Assembly: GCF_024700885.2 (NCBI RefSeq)
Contig: NZ_CP117016.1
Source of the DNA: Escherichia coli
GTDB lineage: Bacteria; Pseudomonadota; Gammaproteobacteria; Enterobacterales; Enterobacteriaceae
DNA: 64,000 bases
Reading direction: 5' to 3' (one strand)
In this document: positions 43,076 to 52,003 of the stretch, piece by piece
How the letters are laid out: every line of letters begins with the position of its first letter
Numbering within the stretch: position 1 is the stretch's first letter
Notes under the pieces: model-generated
The model's database searches: none
The model's input: only the letters and a program-made list of their open reading frames with translations
What the model was told of the DNA's origin: nothing
Translations under genes and position numbers: made by a program

Positions 43076-43386
43076 TATTCACTCCAGTACTTTTCCGGGC
43101 GGGCAATACCCGGACCACATTCCACGGTGTATTCCACCAGGTCTACGCCGAGGCGGGTCAGGTCAGCAAACCAGTCGCCAGAAGGTTTTTTCTCCAGCTC
43201 AACCATTTTACGGTCAGCCAGATAATCCAGTTCGCGGCGCAGTTCCAGCGGTGTGGTGTCCGGGTAGATGGCACGGGACACATCCAGCAGCAGCGTCTCG
43301 CTGGCGGTGTAAGGGCGGGTCTTGTTCAGGGCAACCAGCAGACTCCAGCGCAGGGATTCGCGGCGTACCCGGGTAATATCGACCAT
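43075..43386 (-). CDS. hypothetical protein
   Basis: 103-aa ORF coupled to the terminase small subunit. Confidence 0.4.
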   Translation of the reverse strand: MVDITRVRRESLRWSLLVALNKTRPYTASETLLLDVSRAIYPDTTPLELRRELDYLADRKMVELEKKPSGDWFADLTRLGVDLVEYTVECGPGIARPEKYWSE

Positions 43387-43712
43387 TATTGACCTCCGGT
43401 ATTGCGGTACTGCTGTACCACTTCCAGTTTGTTATAAAGCGCGTCCAGTTTGGCCTCAATGACTGTCTGGCCACGGATATAATCCTCTCGACGGACATAA
43501 TTCAGCGGTAAATCCGCTTTAAATCGCATAAATTCTTTTTCCAGCTCGCCCCAGTTGGAGGCGGATTGTTGCAGGGCCTGTTCAAGGGAGGCGAATCGTG
43601 CCGCCTGGCGTTCTTCTGTTTTACTGAACAACCATTTGGCGAGCCCTCCCACAAACCCCATGAAGGTGAGCAGAAAACTCACCACCGTCCAGAATTCAAC
43701 CTGCAGTGTCAT
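43386..43712 (-). CDS. small membrane protein
   Basis: 108 aa with N-terminal transmembrane helix and coiled-coil. Confidence 0.4.
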   Translation of the reverse strand: MTLQVEFWTVVSFLLTFMGFVGGLAKWLFSKTEERQAARFASLEQALQQSASNWGELEKEFMRFKADLPLNYVRREDYIRGQTVIEAKLDALYNKLEVVQQYRNTGGQ

Positions 43713-44461
43713 TTCTGTAATCCTTCCCGTTCATCCAGCAGCGCGTTTATCTGGTTCCGCCAGCGACGACATTGCCATGCGTTGTCGATGATGTTGGCGA
43801 GAACGTCACGCTGGGAGACACCCGAATCGCGTAACCGGGTGTCAGTGGTTTCAGGTTGCCCGGTCGCTGTGCCAGAGCGGGTGCCAGTGGCGGCAACTGA
43901 GTCTGAATGACCGGTGTCGACGGATGCGTTGTCATATCCGAGTGCGGCGTTGTACTGGCGCACGAAACCGCGAGTAAACACGCACTCAATGGGATGACTC
44001 TTACCTTTTTCATCAATCCAGCGCTGTGTGACATCGTTAATTTGCCCCTGTAGTTGTTTGTTCCGGCTCTCCAGTTGAGCAATCTGCTCAAGATAACCGG
44101 CTTCAGCCCGCTGCCCGGCGGCCACCTGCTCCTGATACCGTCTGGCCCAGGCCCGCAGCGCAGCATTCTCAAGCGTTGCCTGCTCCGTTTTGTACGCGTC
44201 AAATGCTGACTGCAACTGACTTAGCGCGGTATCACCGTCACGCTTTGCAGAGTCATGACCACTTCTGTATCCCATGGCATACAGGCCGACCAGAAAGGCA
44301 TTGATAAGAATGGCCAGCAGAATGCCGCGCCACGGCAGCTTTTTAACCAGATGCCACACAACTGCTGCCTCCCCATGTGAGATATCGCGGTGCCAGTTCG
44401 CGCAGGATGCGCTGCGGATAATGGCGGTTCTCCCGCCAGCTGGCCGCATTGCGTCCGGCAT
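43709..44461 (-). CDS. i-spanin (Rz-like); start uncertain
   Basis: N-terminal TM (WRGILLAILINAFLVGLYAMGY) then long coiled-coil region; downstream of the endolysin. Confidence 0.5.
   Translation of the reverse strand: MPDAMRPAGGRTAIIRSASCANWHRDISHGEAAVVWHLVKKLPWRGILLAILINAFLVGLYAMGYRSGHDSAKRDGDTALSQLQSAFDAYKTEQATLENAALRAWARRYQEQVAAGQRAEAGYLEQIAQLESRNKQLQGQINDVTQRWIDEKGKSHPIECVFTRGFVRQYNAALGYDNASVDTGHSDSVAATGTRSGTATGQPETTDTRLRDSGVSQRDVLANIIDNAWQCRRWRNQINALLDEREGLQK
43747..44013 (-). CDS. o-spanin (Rz1-like lipoprotein) embedded in the i-spanin gene
   Basis: MKKVRVIPLSACLLAVSC lipoprotein signal/lipobox, Pro/Thr-rich body, out-of-frame inside the i-spanin. Confidence 0.5.
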   Translation of the reverse strand: MKKVRVIPLSACLLAVSCASTTPHSDMTTHPSTPVIQTQLPPLAPALAQRPGNLKPLTPGYAIRVSPSVTFSPTSSTTHGNVVAGGTR

Positions 44462-45083
44462 TCACCGTGGCGACATGTCCGAACCAGCGGGTGCTGTCCA
44501 GACCTTTCTGTGATGCAAGCCGCCTGTCCCGTTGTACCCAGCCCAGACCACCGTTATAGCCCGACAGTGTCATGGCCATACGCTCGCAGTCACTGGCGGC
44601 GCTGACACGCTGCCACAGCCAGCGGTCATAGCTGACCAGCGCCCGGATAGCCCATGCCGGATTAAACGGCTCACGACTGCTCAGCATCGGTATCAACTGG
44701 CTTATCCAGTCGGCAGTGGCAGGCATGAACTGCGCCAGTCCCTGAGCGCCAGCCGGCGAGATCGCATCAGGTCGCCAGCCGCTTTCCTGATGCAGTTGCG
44801 CGGCGAAATCGGCCACCGGCGCAGACAGTCCCCATTCAAGCCGGGCATTACGGATCACATCATCGCGATACTGCAGCGCAGCCTGCGGAGGTTGTGCTGC
44901 GCATGCCTGGCTGAAAAAGCCGCCACACCAGAGCAACATTGCGACAAAGAATACCCATGCCATATGAACCAGAAAGGTCCCGGCGCGGACTGACAGGCGT
45001 TCGGTTCTGATGAAGACCCGAAAGGCTTCGAAAGCCAGTTTCAGGGACATGCATACAATCCAGGTGATCTGCGGCCAGTTCAT
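44343..45083 (-). CDS. endolysin, lytic transglycosylase with N-terminal hydrophobic (SAR-like) segment; start uncertain
   Basis: SLT-type catalytic motif (HQESGW...GAQGLAQFMPATA) preceded by AWVFFVAMLLWCGGFFSQACAA. Confidence 0.65.
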   Translation of the reverse strand: MNWPQITWIVCMSLKLAFEAFRVFIRTERLSVRAGTFLVHMAWVFFVAMLLWCGGFFSQACAAQPPQAALQYRDDVIRNARLEWGLSAPVADFAAQLHQESGWRPDAISPAGAQGLAQFMPATADWISQLIPMLSSREPFNPAWAIRALVSYDRWLWQRVSAASDCERMAMTLSGYNGGLGWVQRDRRLASQKGLDSTRWFGHVATVNAGRNAASWRENRHYPQRILRELAPRYLTWGGSSCVASG

Positions 45084-45085
45084 GA

Positions 45086-45469
45086 TTAAAGCCCCATCGC
45101 AACAGCCAGGCAGACCGCTGCAACAATCAGTGCACGGCGGATTAACGCAGCAGAAAACACCAGGTGAAGGCCGGTCTGTACCGGGAAACGCCCTTCAGCC
45201 ATCAGCCTGTCGTCATGTTTCAGGTACTGACCGGGACGGGCTTTGGGGAAGAGCGAACGGTCAAGCCAGTAACCCAGCACTGCTGCCAGCGTGATGAGTG
45301 CCAGCTTGTAGATCACAACAGGCAGCTGCTGTGGTGAGACCAGAGCGATGGTGCCCAGCAACAGCACTGAGGTCAGCAGCCAGCCGCTGAGGCGAGGTTT
45401 TTTAACAAGGGGAATGAATTTTTTCAGTTTTTTCATGTGTGTCTCCTTATCTGGTGGAGACAGCATCAC
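45086..45469 (-). CDS. putative holin
   Basis: ~3 predicted TM helices; first gene of the lysis/late block. Confidence 0.5.
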   Translation of the reverse strand: MMLSPPDKETHMKKLKKFIPLVKKPRLSGWLLTSVLLLGTIALVSPQQLPVVIYKLALITLAAVLGYWLDRSLFPKARPGQYLKHDDRLMAEGRFPVQTGLHLVFSAALIRRALIVAAVCLAVAMGL

Positions 45470-45566
45470 AAATACAGGGCGCGAAGGATTTTAAAGCGCG
45501 TTAAGAGAGCCGGGGATACGGGATGTGCAGGATAAACGATGAATTATTCACAGAGGAGAATACGAT
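45470..45566. promoter_or_regulatory. divergent intergenic region: candidate late promoter and P-loop gene promoter
   Basis: 97-bp gap between divergent holin (-) and P-loop (+) genes. Confidence 0.3.
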
Positions 45567-46295
45567 ATGACGCAGACACTGAATCCGGTCATCACTGTCA
45601 CCGTGTCCGGTCCTGTGGGCAGCGGTAAAAGTTACGTACTGGCGCGAATAGAGGAAGTGGTGAAACAGGAATTCGGAAACAGCGTCATTGTCGACGCCGC
45701 AGACGTGGACGGTGAGCGCCGTATGAGTGGGGATGATCTGAGCACATGGCAGAAACCACGGGCTGGCACAGTGATCAGGCTGGAGGAATACACGGGACAG
45801 GGCCTGTTGTCATACGGCGAGGAGCGTATCTGTCGGACGAATGAGCTGCTGGATGTTATATGCCCCACGGGCCGGCAACCCTGGATACTGCCCGATGCAC
45901 TGCATGCCACCATTGCGGCACTGATGACAGTTTACGATCAGGAGCTGCTCATGAAGGAGTTACGTAAACTCACTGGTCAGTCAACAGAATGTTGTTCGTC
46001 CCCGAAGTACGGCAAACAGGAACACATCCCGATTAACCAGCCTCCCCGGTTCTTCGACGAATACCTTCTGACACCGGAAAATAAAGCTGAGCATGAAGAG
46101 ATCAAAGCGGCGTTGTTCCGGGAAATCAGGAAGATTGCTGAAATGCAACTGGAGGGCGGGCTGGACAGAGTGATGGCGAGAGGAGAATGGGCATCGCTGT
46201 TTGAAAGAGTTTCCCCGGAATTACTTCCCCTCGCACTGGCTATCGGGATTATGCAGACAGCGGATAAACCTCACTTACGTTCATTAAACACGTAA
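45567..46295 (+). CDS. P-loop NTPase / nucleotide-kinase-like protein (accessory gene)
   Basis: Walker A GPVGSGKS at residues 15-22, Walker B-like VIVD; opposite strand to the late operon. Confidence 0.55.
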   Translation: MTQTLNPVITVTVSGPVGSGKSYVLARIEEVVKQEFGNSVIVDAADVDGERRMSGDDLSTWQKPRAGTVIRLEEYTGQGLLSYGEERICRTNELLDVICPTGRQPWILPDALHATIAALMTVYDQELLMKELRKLTGQSTECCSSPKYGKQEHIPINQPPRFFDEYLLTPENKAEHEEIKAALFREIRKIAEMQLEGGLDRVMARGEWASLFERVSPELLPLALAIGIMQTADKPHLRSLNT

Positions 46296-46675
46296 CGCAT
46301 AATCCGGGATACGCATTCAGCGATGACTGCATTTTCACCGGTTTTTACTGCATCCAGAAGTGACTCTTTAAATGGTACGGGCCGGGGCTGCAGAAAGGTC
46401 GGCATGGCATTGAGCAGACAGAGCGTTTTTTCCGTGAGGACGACATCAGCCGCTCCCACAGCCAGCAACTGAGAGTAACGAATATAGCTGTTATCCCGAA
46501 GCCATATCAGCGTATCAATAAAACACCGGCACTTTTTCTGGTCGTGATCAACCTGGTCCGGGATATCGAAAAAACCAGAATAAATCAAAACCTGAGGTGC
46601 CGGATGCGTGTTCAGTAATCGGCAGAATATTTTGCCGGTGAGTACATAAAAATCATCATTTAAGGAGTGCATCAT
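46271..46675 (-). CDS. hypothetical protein convergent with the P-loop gene
   Basis: 134-aa ORF overlapping the P-loop gene 3' end by 25 bp; its start overlaps the start of 46674..46889, so one of the two may be spurious. Confidence 0.35.
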   Translation of the reverse strand: MMHSLNDDFYVLTGKIFCRLLNTHPAPQVLIYSGFFDIPDQVDHDQKKCRCFIDTLIWLRDNSYIRYSQLLAVGAADVVLTEKTLCLLNAMPTFLQPRPVPFKESLLDAVKTGENAVIAECVSRIMRYVFNERK

Positions 46676-46889
46676 GAATCCCCGATTAACGTTAACAGAA
46701 CATCAGCGCCGTGCTGAAGCAGTGAACAATGTTCTGGAAGATATTATCCGGTTATACCGCGGAGAACTGAGTGTCTGTCGTGCCGCTTTTCATTTTCAGG
46801 GAATACAAAAGCAGTTTGATACTTCTGTTTTTGCAGAAGGTATTACTTATGCCCTGGACCGGATAAGGTCAGAAAATCGCCCCGGATAA
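46674..46889 (+). CDS. hypothetical small protein
   Basis: 71 aa; strong AAGGAG Shine-Dalgarno 8 bp upstream. Confidence 0.4.
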   Translation: MNPRLTLTEHQRRAEAVNNVLEDIIRLYRGELSVCRAAFHFQGIQKQFDTSVFAEGITYALDRIRSENRPG

Positions 46890-47079
46890 TCCCTAAACCA
46901 CATTAACAGAAATCCCGCCATCCCTGCCGCATCATGAAAGAACGACCAGCCCGGCACCCGAAAGCCGGGCTGGTCATCGCCCCACAGGAATGCGCTGTGA
47001 GCCGACCAAGGTTCAGTCAGTCTCGCGAGACCTGACCAGACTGCCATATTTTTTAATAATTGTAAAAGGCTTGCAGATT

Positions 47080-47844
47080 ATGAAAATGCAGACATTACCC
47101 ATCGTGCCGTGGATTGGTGGCAAACGCCGCCTTGCAAAACACATTCTGCCGCTGTTTCCGGCGCATGAATGTTATGTGGAGCCGTTTTGTGGGGCAGCAG
47201 CGCTCTATTTTCTTAAGACACCCGGCAAGATCGAAGTCATCAATGATATCAACGGTGAACTGGTGAATCTGTACCGGGTGGTAAAGCATCACCTGGAAGA
47301 ATTTGTCCGCCAGTTCAAATGGGCGCTGGTCAGCCGTCAGATCTACAAATGGCTGCAGATCACCCCGGAAGAAACACTGACGGATATCCAGCGTGCGGCA
47401 CGGTTCTACTACCTTCAGAAGCAGGCGTTTGGCGGCAAGGTGGCAGAGCACAGCTTCGGTACCTCCACCACATCCCCGCCACGCTTCAACCTGCTACGTA
47501 TTGAAGAAGAACTGTCAGCGGCACACCTGCGGCTTTCCAGAACAGTCATAGAACACATGGACTGGCAACAGTGCATTGAGCGTTATGATCGTCCGCACAC
47601 GCTGTTCTACTGCGACCCACCGTACCTGGGTACGGAAGGCTATGGTGTGGATTTTCCTGAAGGGAACTACTCGCGGCTGGCAGAGCTGGCCCGGTGCATC
47701 AGAGGAAAAATGATAATTTCGGTGAACGACATCCCGCAGATGCGCGAGGTGTTCACTGGACTGAACATACAGACAGTGAATATCAACTACAGTCTGGCGG
47801 GTAAACCCACGCCGCGCCGTGAACTGCTAATCTGCAACTTCTGA
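47080..47844 (+). CDS. DNA adenine methyltransferase, Dam-like
   Basis: DPPY catalytic motif; N-terminal WIGGKRRL and FCGAAALYF SAM-binding motif; start at MKMQTL. Confidence 0.8.
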   Translation: MKMQTLPIVPWIGGKRRLAKHILPLFPAHECYVEPFCGAAALYFLKTPGKIEVINDINGELVNLYRVVKHHLEEFVRQFKWALVSRQIYKWLQITPEETLTDIQRAARFYYLQKQAFGGKVAEHSFGTSTTSPPRFNLLRIEEELSAAHLRLSRTVIEHMDWQQCIERYDRPHTLFYCDPPYLGTEGYGVDFPEGNYSRLAELARCIRGKMIISVNDIPQMREVFTGLNIQTVNINYSLAGKPTPRRELLICNF

Positions 47845-47851
47845 AACAAAA

Positions 47852-47874
47852 CCGGAAAGCACAATGCTTTCCGG
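47852..47874 (-). terminator. terminator hairpin downstream of the repressor gene
   Basis: CCGGAAAGC-acaat-GCTTTCCGG perfect 9-bp stem with T-run on the minus strand. Confidence 0.5.
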
Positions 47875-47960
47875 TAAACCAAACAACTTCCACTATGTCA
47901 CTGGCGATGTTTTCTGAAAGCATCCAGATCAACCACCTGTCCTTTGTGTCCGGGTCAGTA

Positions 47961-48317
47961 TCAGCCTGCGATTTTTCCTGGTTTTGGCTGAGTATAGAAT
48001 CGCCCAATCTCAAGAAATGAGCGTTGTTGGTCTGGTGTCATGTCGTCAAAAGTATCTATTAGTTTTTGTTTTTCTGGGGAAATTTGATTCTGGTTTCTAG
48101 TCATACCATCTGTGCTCATTCCAGTGAGCAACCAATTTACATCAACATTAAACTCTTGATGCATCTTTAACAGAAACTCCCCTCCAGGCATCGCCTTTCC
48201 ATTTTCAATCTGACTGATACCACCATTAGAAATACCTAAACGAGCTGCAAATTCTCTCTGGTTCAACCCTGCTTTCTTCCTCACAGAAATAACGCGCTCT
48301 CCTATATCTTTGCTCAT
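47961..48317 (-). CDS. prophage repressor (XRE-family HTH)
   Basis: N-terminal HTH (GLNQREFAARLGISNGGISQIENGK); divergent from the early operon. Confidence 0.75.
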   Translation of the reverse strand: MSKDIGERVISVRKKAGLNQREFAARLGISNGGISQIENGKAMPGGEFLLKMHQEFNVDVNWLLTGMSTDGMTRNQNQISPEKQKLIDTFDDMTPDQQRSFLEIGRFYTQPKPGKIAG

Positions 48318-48410
48318 AAAAGTGAATCTCTATCTTGATATGCTCATAATTATGAGCAATAATCTAACACATATAAGGCAAACATCATTGCATCAACAAA
48401 GGAGACAACG
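48318..48410. promoter_or_regulatory. divergent repressor / early promoter-operator region
   Basis: 93-bp gap with an 18-bp perfect palindrome and a related half-site at the repressor start codon. Confidence 0.5.
48341..48358. promoter_or_regulatory. candidate operator: perfect palindrome TGCTCATAATTATGAGCA
   Basis: 18-bp perfect inverted repeat; half-site TGCTCATAA recurs at 48312-48320. Confidence 0.5.
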
Positions 48411-48599
48411 ATGACTGCAGAACAAGTCAAAGCTCTCTTCCGCCAGCGCGGGATCACTTTCACCCGCTGGGCAGAAGAAAACGGCTACAACCGCAATGAG
48501 GTATACCGCGTTCTCAACGGGCAGACCAAAGCCCGTTACGGTAAATCCCATGAAATCGCCGTGAAGTTGGGACTGAAATCAACAGCTCAGGCGGCCTAA
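48411..48599 (+). CDS. small DNA-binding early regulator (Ner/Cro-like, putative)
   Basis: 62 aa, basic, first gene of the early operon. Confidence 0.45.
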   Translation: MTAEQVKALFRQRGITFTRWAEENGYNRNEVYRVLNGQTKARYGKSHEIAVKLGLKSTAQAA

Positions 48600-48645
48600 A
48601 TATTTTGAGTCTTTGTAAAAGGTTATCACATATCGCAAAAGAGGT

Positions 48646-48960
48646 ATGCAGATGAGTAAGACGAATGTTTCAAGCTCCGGCAGTCGCATCCTCCGGGTAC
48701 TCAAAGCGCTGCGCGGTCATGCCCTGAACGGTATTTCTAACGGTGAACTGGCGACAGCACTGCACGAGTCACCGGCAAACATCAACCGGGCACTCAACAC
48801 CCTCATTGAAGAAGGGCTGGCTCTGAAACTGGAGAACGGACGTTTTGCACCGGGCATCCAGTTACTGCAGATCGCCATGGCCCACAGTAACGAGATGGCA
48901 CGTGCACAGGATCGTATTAACGAAATTAACCAACGTGTCATTTCAGGTAGTCGTTTGTAA
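48646..48960 (+). CDS. winged-helix DNA-binding protein (putative)
   Basis: 104 aa; ...ISNGELATALHESPANINRALNTLIEEGL... HTH-like segment. Confidence 0.4.
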   Translation: MQMSKTNVSSSGSRILRVLKALRGHALNGISNGELATALHESPANINRALNTLIEEGLALKLENGRFAPGIQLLQIAMAHSNEMARAQDRINEINQRVISGSRL

Positions 48961-48970
48961 GGAGTAATCA

Positions 48971-49891
48971 ATGGGACGTACCAAATCACCGATTAACACT
49001 GAACTGAACGCCGATGTACCGCTGTCGGATGATCTCAACGTCAGCCTGAATGCCATGACACAGCATCGCATGGAGATCATGCAGCAGTTTGGTGATGGAC
49101 TGCCTTATGAACGTGAACGCATCGTTCACGAAGCACGTTTTTATATGGCGCAGAGTGCTGAATCTATGTTGGAAGCGGGTAAGCGGCTGATCATCTTAAA
49201 AGAAAATGAACCGCATGGTGATTTCACAAATATTCTGGAAAACGACCTCGGATTAGCACCACAGGTAGCTCGTCGCATGATGCAGGCCAGCGTGAAATTT
49301 CTCGGCAATGGAGATGAACAGCCAAAACGCTCAGCGCTGAGCGTTTTGGGAAAAACCAAGTTATATGAACTGATGGTTCTGGATGACGAAGAACTCGACG
49401 CATTAGCTGATGGTGGAACCGTCGCCGGTGCAACGCTTGATGATATTGATCGCATGACCAGCCGCGAACTGAAGGCCGCCCTGCGTGAAGCGCGCGAAAC
49501 CAACGCAGCTCAGCAACAGGTGCTTGCCGGAAAGGACGAAAAAATCAACGAACTGGCCACAAAACTGGAGAAGAAATCGCGCCTGCAACCTCCGCCGCCA
49601 GACGAAGAACTGAAAAAATTGCGGGCGGAAGTGACGGCATTAGCGGTTGAGGCCGAATCGGCTATCGCCGTCCGGCTGTCCAGTGTTTTTGAGACCCTGT
49701 GTGAATACTGCACCAAAAACATGATCGATACCCCCAGAGATTTCATGGCCGGTCTGGTCTGCCAGATTGAACGCAGTGTTCATGCATTACGTGAGACGTT
49801 TGACCTTGAGGCCGCTCCATCGGGTAACGATGCCCCCGCCTGGCTGACCGAACCGGAACCTGAAATCAACCGACCGGAGGATATGCAGTAA
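48971..49891 (+). CDS. early-region protein of unknown function
   Basis: 306 aa, acidic with coiled-coil. Confidence 0.4.
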   Translation: MGRTKSPINTELNADVPLSDDLNVSLNAMTQHRMEIMQQFGDGLPYERERIVHEARFYMAQSAESMLEAGKRLIILKENEPHGDFTNILENDLGLAPQVARRMMQASVKFLGNGDEQPKRSALSVLGKTKLYELMVLDDEELDALADGGTVAGATLDDIDRMTSRELKAALREARETNAAQQQVLAGKDEKINELATKLEKKSRLQPPPPDEELKKLRAEVTALAVEAESAIAVRLSSVFETLCEYCTKNMIDTPRDFMAGLVCQIERSVHALRETFDLEAAPSGNDAPAWLTEPEPEINRPEDMQ

Positions 49892-50208
49892 TGAATACGA
49901 ATAACACACAAAATACCCTGATGGACAGCCCGGAGGCACTGGGGCACGCACTGTGTAATCTGCTGCCGGAGATGGTGCAGGGTTTCCGCGTGGTGACCCC
50001 TTCCGGTGAAATCTGCGTACCCGCACAGGAGACGCACCCGTTTGTACTGACGATGGAGGTGATGCTGATGCAGCAGATAAGACGTCTGCAGAATCAGTCA
50101 GCATTACGCCCGGTAGTTGCACCGCAACCGGTAAATACCGTGGTGAAAACCTGCGATGGCGAAACACTGTGCGACCTCGCCAGAAAAATTGCCGCCAGAA
50201 TCGGATAA
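49891..50208 (+). CDS. hypothetical early protein
   Basis: 105-aa ORF coupled to the upstream gene. Confidence 0.4.
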   Translation: MNTNNTQNTLMDSPEALGHALCNLLPEMVQGFRVVTPSGEICVPAQETHPFVLTMEVMLMQQIRRLQNQSALRPVVAPQPVNTVVKTCDGETLCDLARKIAARIG

Positions 50209-50223
50209 CAGGGAAGACAAGCT

Positions 50224-51993
50224 ATGACCCCGGCACTGACTGAAAAACTGGTTGAAACAGCCCGCGCGGCACGTGACGCGGGGCATGGTAAACGCGGTGC
50301 AATATACGACGCTGCCTGTGCTGAACTTGGCATGTCCCGCGCCACTCTGCTGCGCAGGCTGAAGGAGGTATCTGTGACTGATAAACGCAAAAAACGCGCC
50401 GATGCCGGGCGCAGCGCCCTGACCCGCGACGAAGCCGCGCTGATATCTGCCACACTGCGTGAGGCCACCCGCAAGAACGGTAAGCGTCTCTATTCCATCG
50501 CAGATGCAGTGGAAACCCTGCGGGCTAACGGCTTTATCACCGCAGGCAGAACAGATGAAACCACCAGTGAGTTTTTCCCGTTGTCTGAAGATGCCATCAG
50601 CCGTGCTCTGCGTAACTATGGCCTGCACCCGGAACAACTGGATGCCCCTGCACCACATACCGAAGTGGCCAGTCTGCATCCCAATCATGTCTGGCAGATT
50701 GACGCCTCACTCTGCACGCTTTACTACCTGAGCAATGGACATAAAGGGCTGCAGGTGATGGACAGCGCGAAGTTCTACAAGAACAAGCCCGCTAACCTTG
50801 CCCGTATCGCCAGTGACCGCGTGTGGAGTTACGAGATTACCGACCATGCCAGCGGCTGGATTTACGTTGAGTATGTGACGGGCGCGGAATCAGGTGAGAA
50901 CCTGTGTTCTGTGCTTATCAACGCCATGCAGGAGCGTGGCGGCGCAGACGTGCTGCACGGCGTGCCGAAAATACTCTATCTCGACCCCGGCTCGGCAAAC
51001 ACCGCGGGTATGACGAAAAACATGTGCCGCTCACTGGGCATCGACCTGATAGCGCACAAGCCGCATAACGCCCGCGCCACCGGACAGGTGGAAAAGGCGC
51101 GTGACATTATCGAACGCAAGCTGGAGCCGGGTCTGAAGTTCCGGCCGGTTCACAGTCTGGAAGAACTCAACGCGCTGGCCGCGAAATGGCGCAGCCACTT
51201 TAACGCCACGGCTGTTCACAGCCGCCACGGTAAAACCCGCACGGATATCTGGCTGAAGATTACTGCTGAGCAGCTGAAAAAAGCGCCTTCCGTTGAGGTA
51301 TGTCGTGAACTGGCTGTGGCGGCACCAGAACTCCGCAAAGTCACGCCAAAACTTCGTGTCTCGTTCCGGGGCACTGAATTTGACGTATCAACGGTACCGG
51401 GCGTACTGGTTGGTGAAAAACTGATGATTACCCGTAACCCATGGCGCAGCGATGTGGCACAGGTGGTTCTGACCGGTGAGGACGGCCACGAGACGTTCTT
51501 CCTGGTCGAAGAGGTCAGAAAGAACGAGTTTGGCTTTGCTGAAGGCGCGGCGGTATTTGGCGAAAGTTACAAAGCCCTGCCGGAAACCCCGGCACAGATG
51601 GCGGCAAAAGAAACCGAAGCGCTGGTTACCGGTACAGACAACGCCGCAGATGCAGCCGCCGCACGCAAGGCGAAGGCGCTGCCGTTCGGCGGGCGGCTTG
51701 ACCCGTATAAACATATCGACGACACCACACTTCCGGCCTATATGCCGAAGCGTGGTCAGGCCTCTGACGTACGCGGGCCGCGCACTGAACAACGTCCCAT
51801 GACTCATGTGGAGGCCGCGAAAGCCCTGCGCGATAAGTTCAGCGCCGACGGCCTTACCTGGACGCCGGAACATTACCGCCAGTTAACGGCACAGTACCCG
51901 GACGGCGTACCGGAAGCCGCACTGGATGAAGTCATGGCCACGCTGACCACACCGGCCCGCAGCAGTGTTATCAGCATTGTTAACGGCAACTGA
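50224..51993 (+). CDS. DDE transposase (A-like, rve/integrase-core superfamily)
   Basis: 589 aa; N-terminal HTH, catalytic core with HVWQIDAS... and LYLDPGSANT motifs; followed by ATPase B. Confidence 0.8.
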   Translation: MTPALTEKLVETARAARDAGHGKRGAIYDAACAELGMSRATLLRRLKEVSVTDKRKKRADAGRSALTRDEAALISATLREATRKNGKRLYSIADAVETLRANGFITAGRTDETTSEFFPLSEDAISRALRNYGLHPEQLDAPAPHTEVASLHPNHVWQIDASLCTLYYLSNGHKGLQVMDSAKFYKNKPANLARIASDRVWSYEITDHASGWIYVEYVTGAESGENLCSVLINAMQERGGADVLHGVPKILYLDPGSANTAGMTKNMCRSLGIDLIAHKPHNARATGQVEKARDIIERKLEPGLKFRPVHSLEELNALAAKWRSHFNATAVHSRHGKTRTDIWLKITAEQLKKAPSVEVCRELAVAAPELRKVTPKLRVSFRGTEFDVSTVPGVLVGEKLMITRNPWRSDVAQVVLTGEDGHETFFLVEEVRKNEFGFAEGAAVFGESYKALPETPAQMAAKETEALVTGTDNAADAAAARKAKALPFGGRLDPYKHIDDTTLPAYMPKRGQASDVRGPRTEQRPMTHVEAAKALRDKFSADGLTWTPEHYRQLTAQYPDGVPEAALDEVMATLTTPARSSVISIVNGN

Positions 51994-52003
51994 GGAGGGA
52001 AAC

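Noticed and set aside
50104..50688. Minus-strand 194-aa ORF
   Set aside because: Antisense to the transposase gene start; no RBS or motif support.
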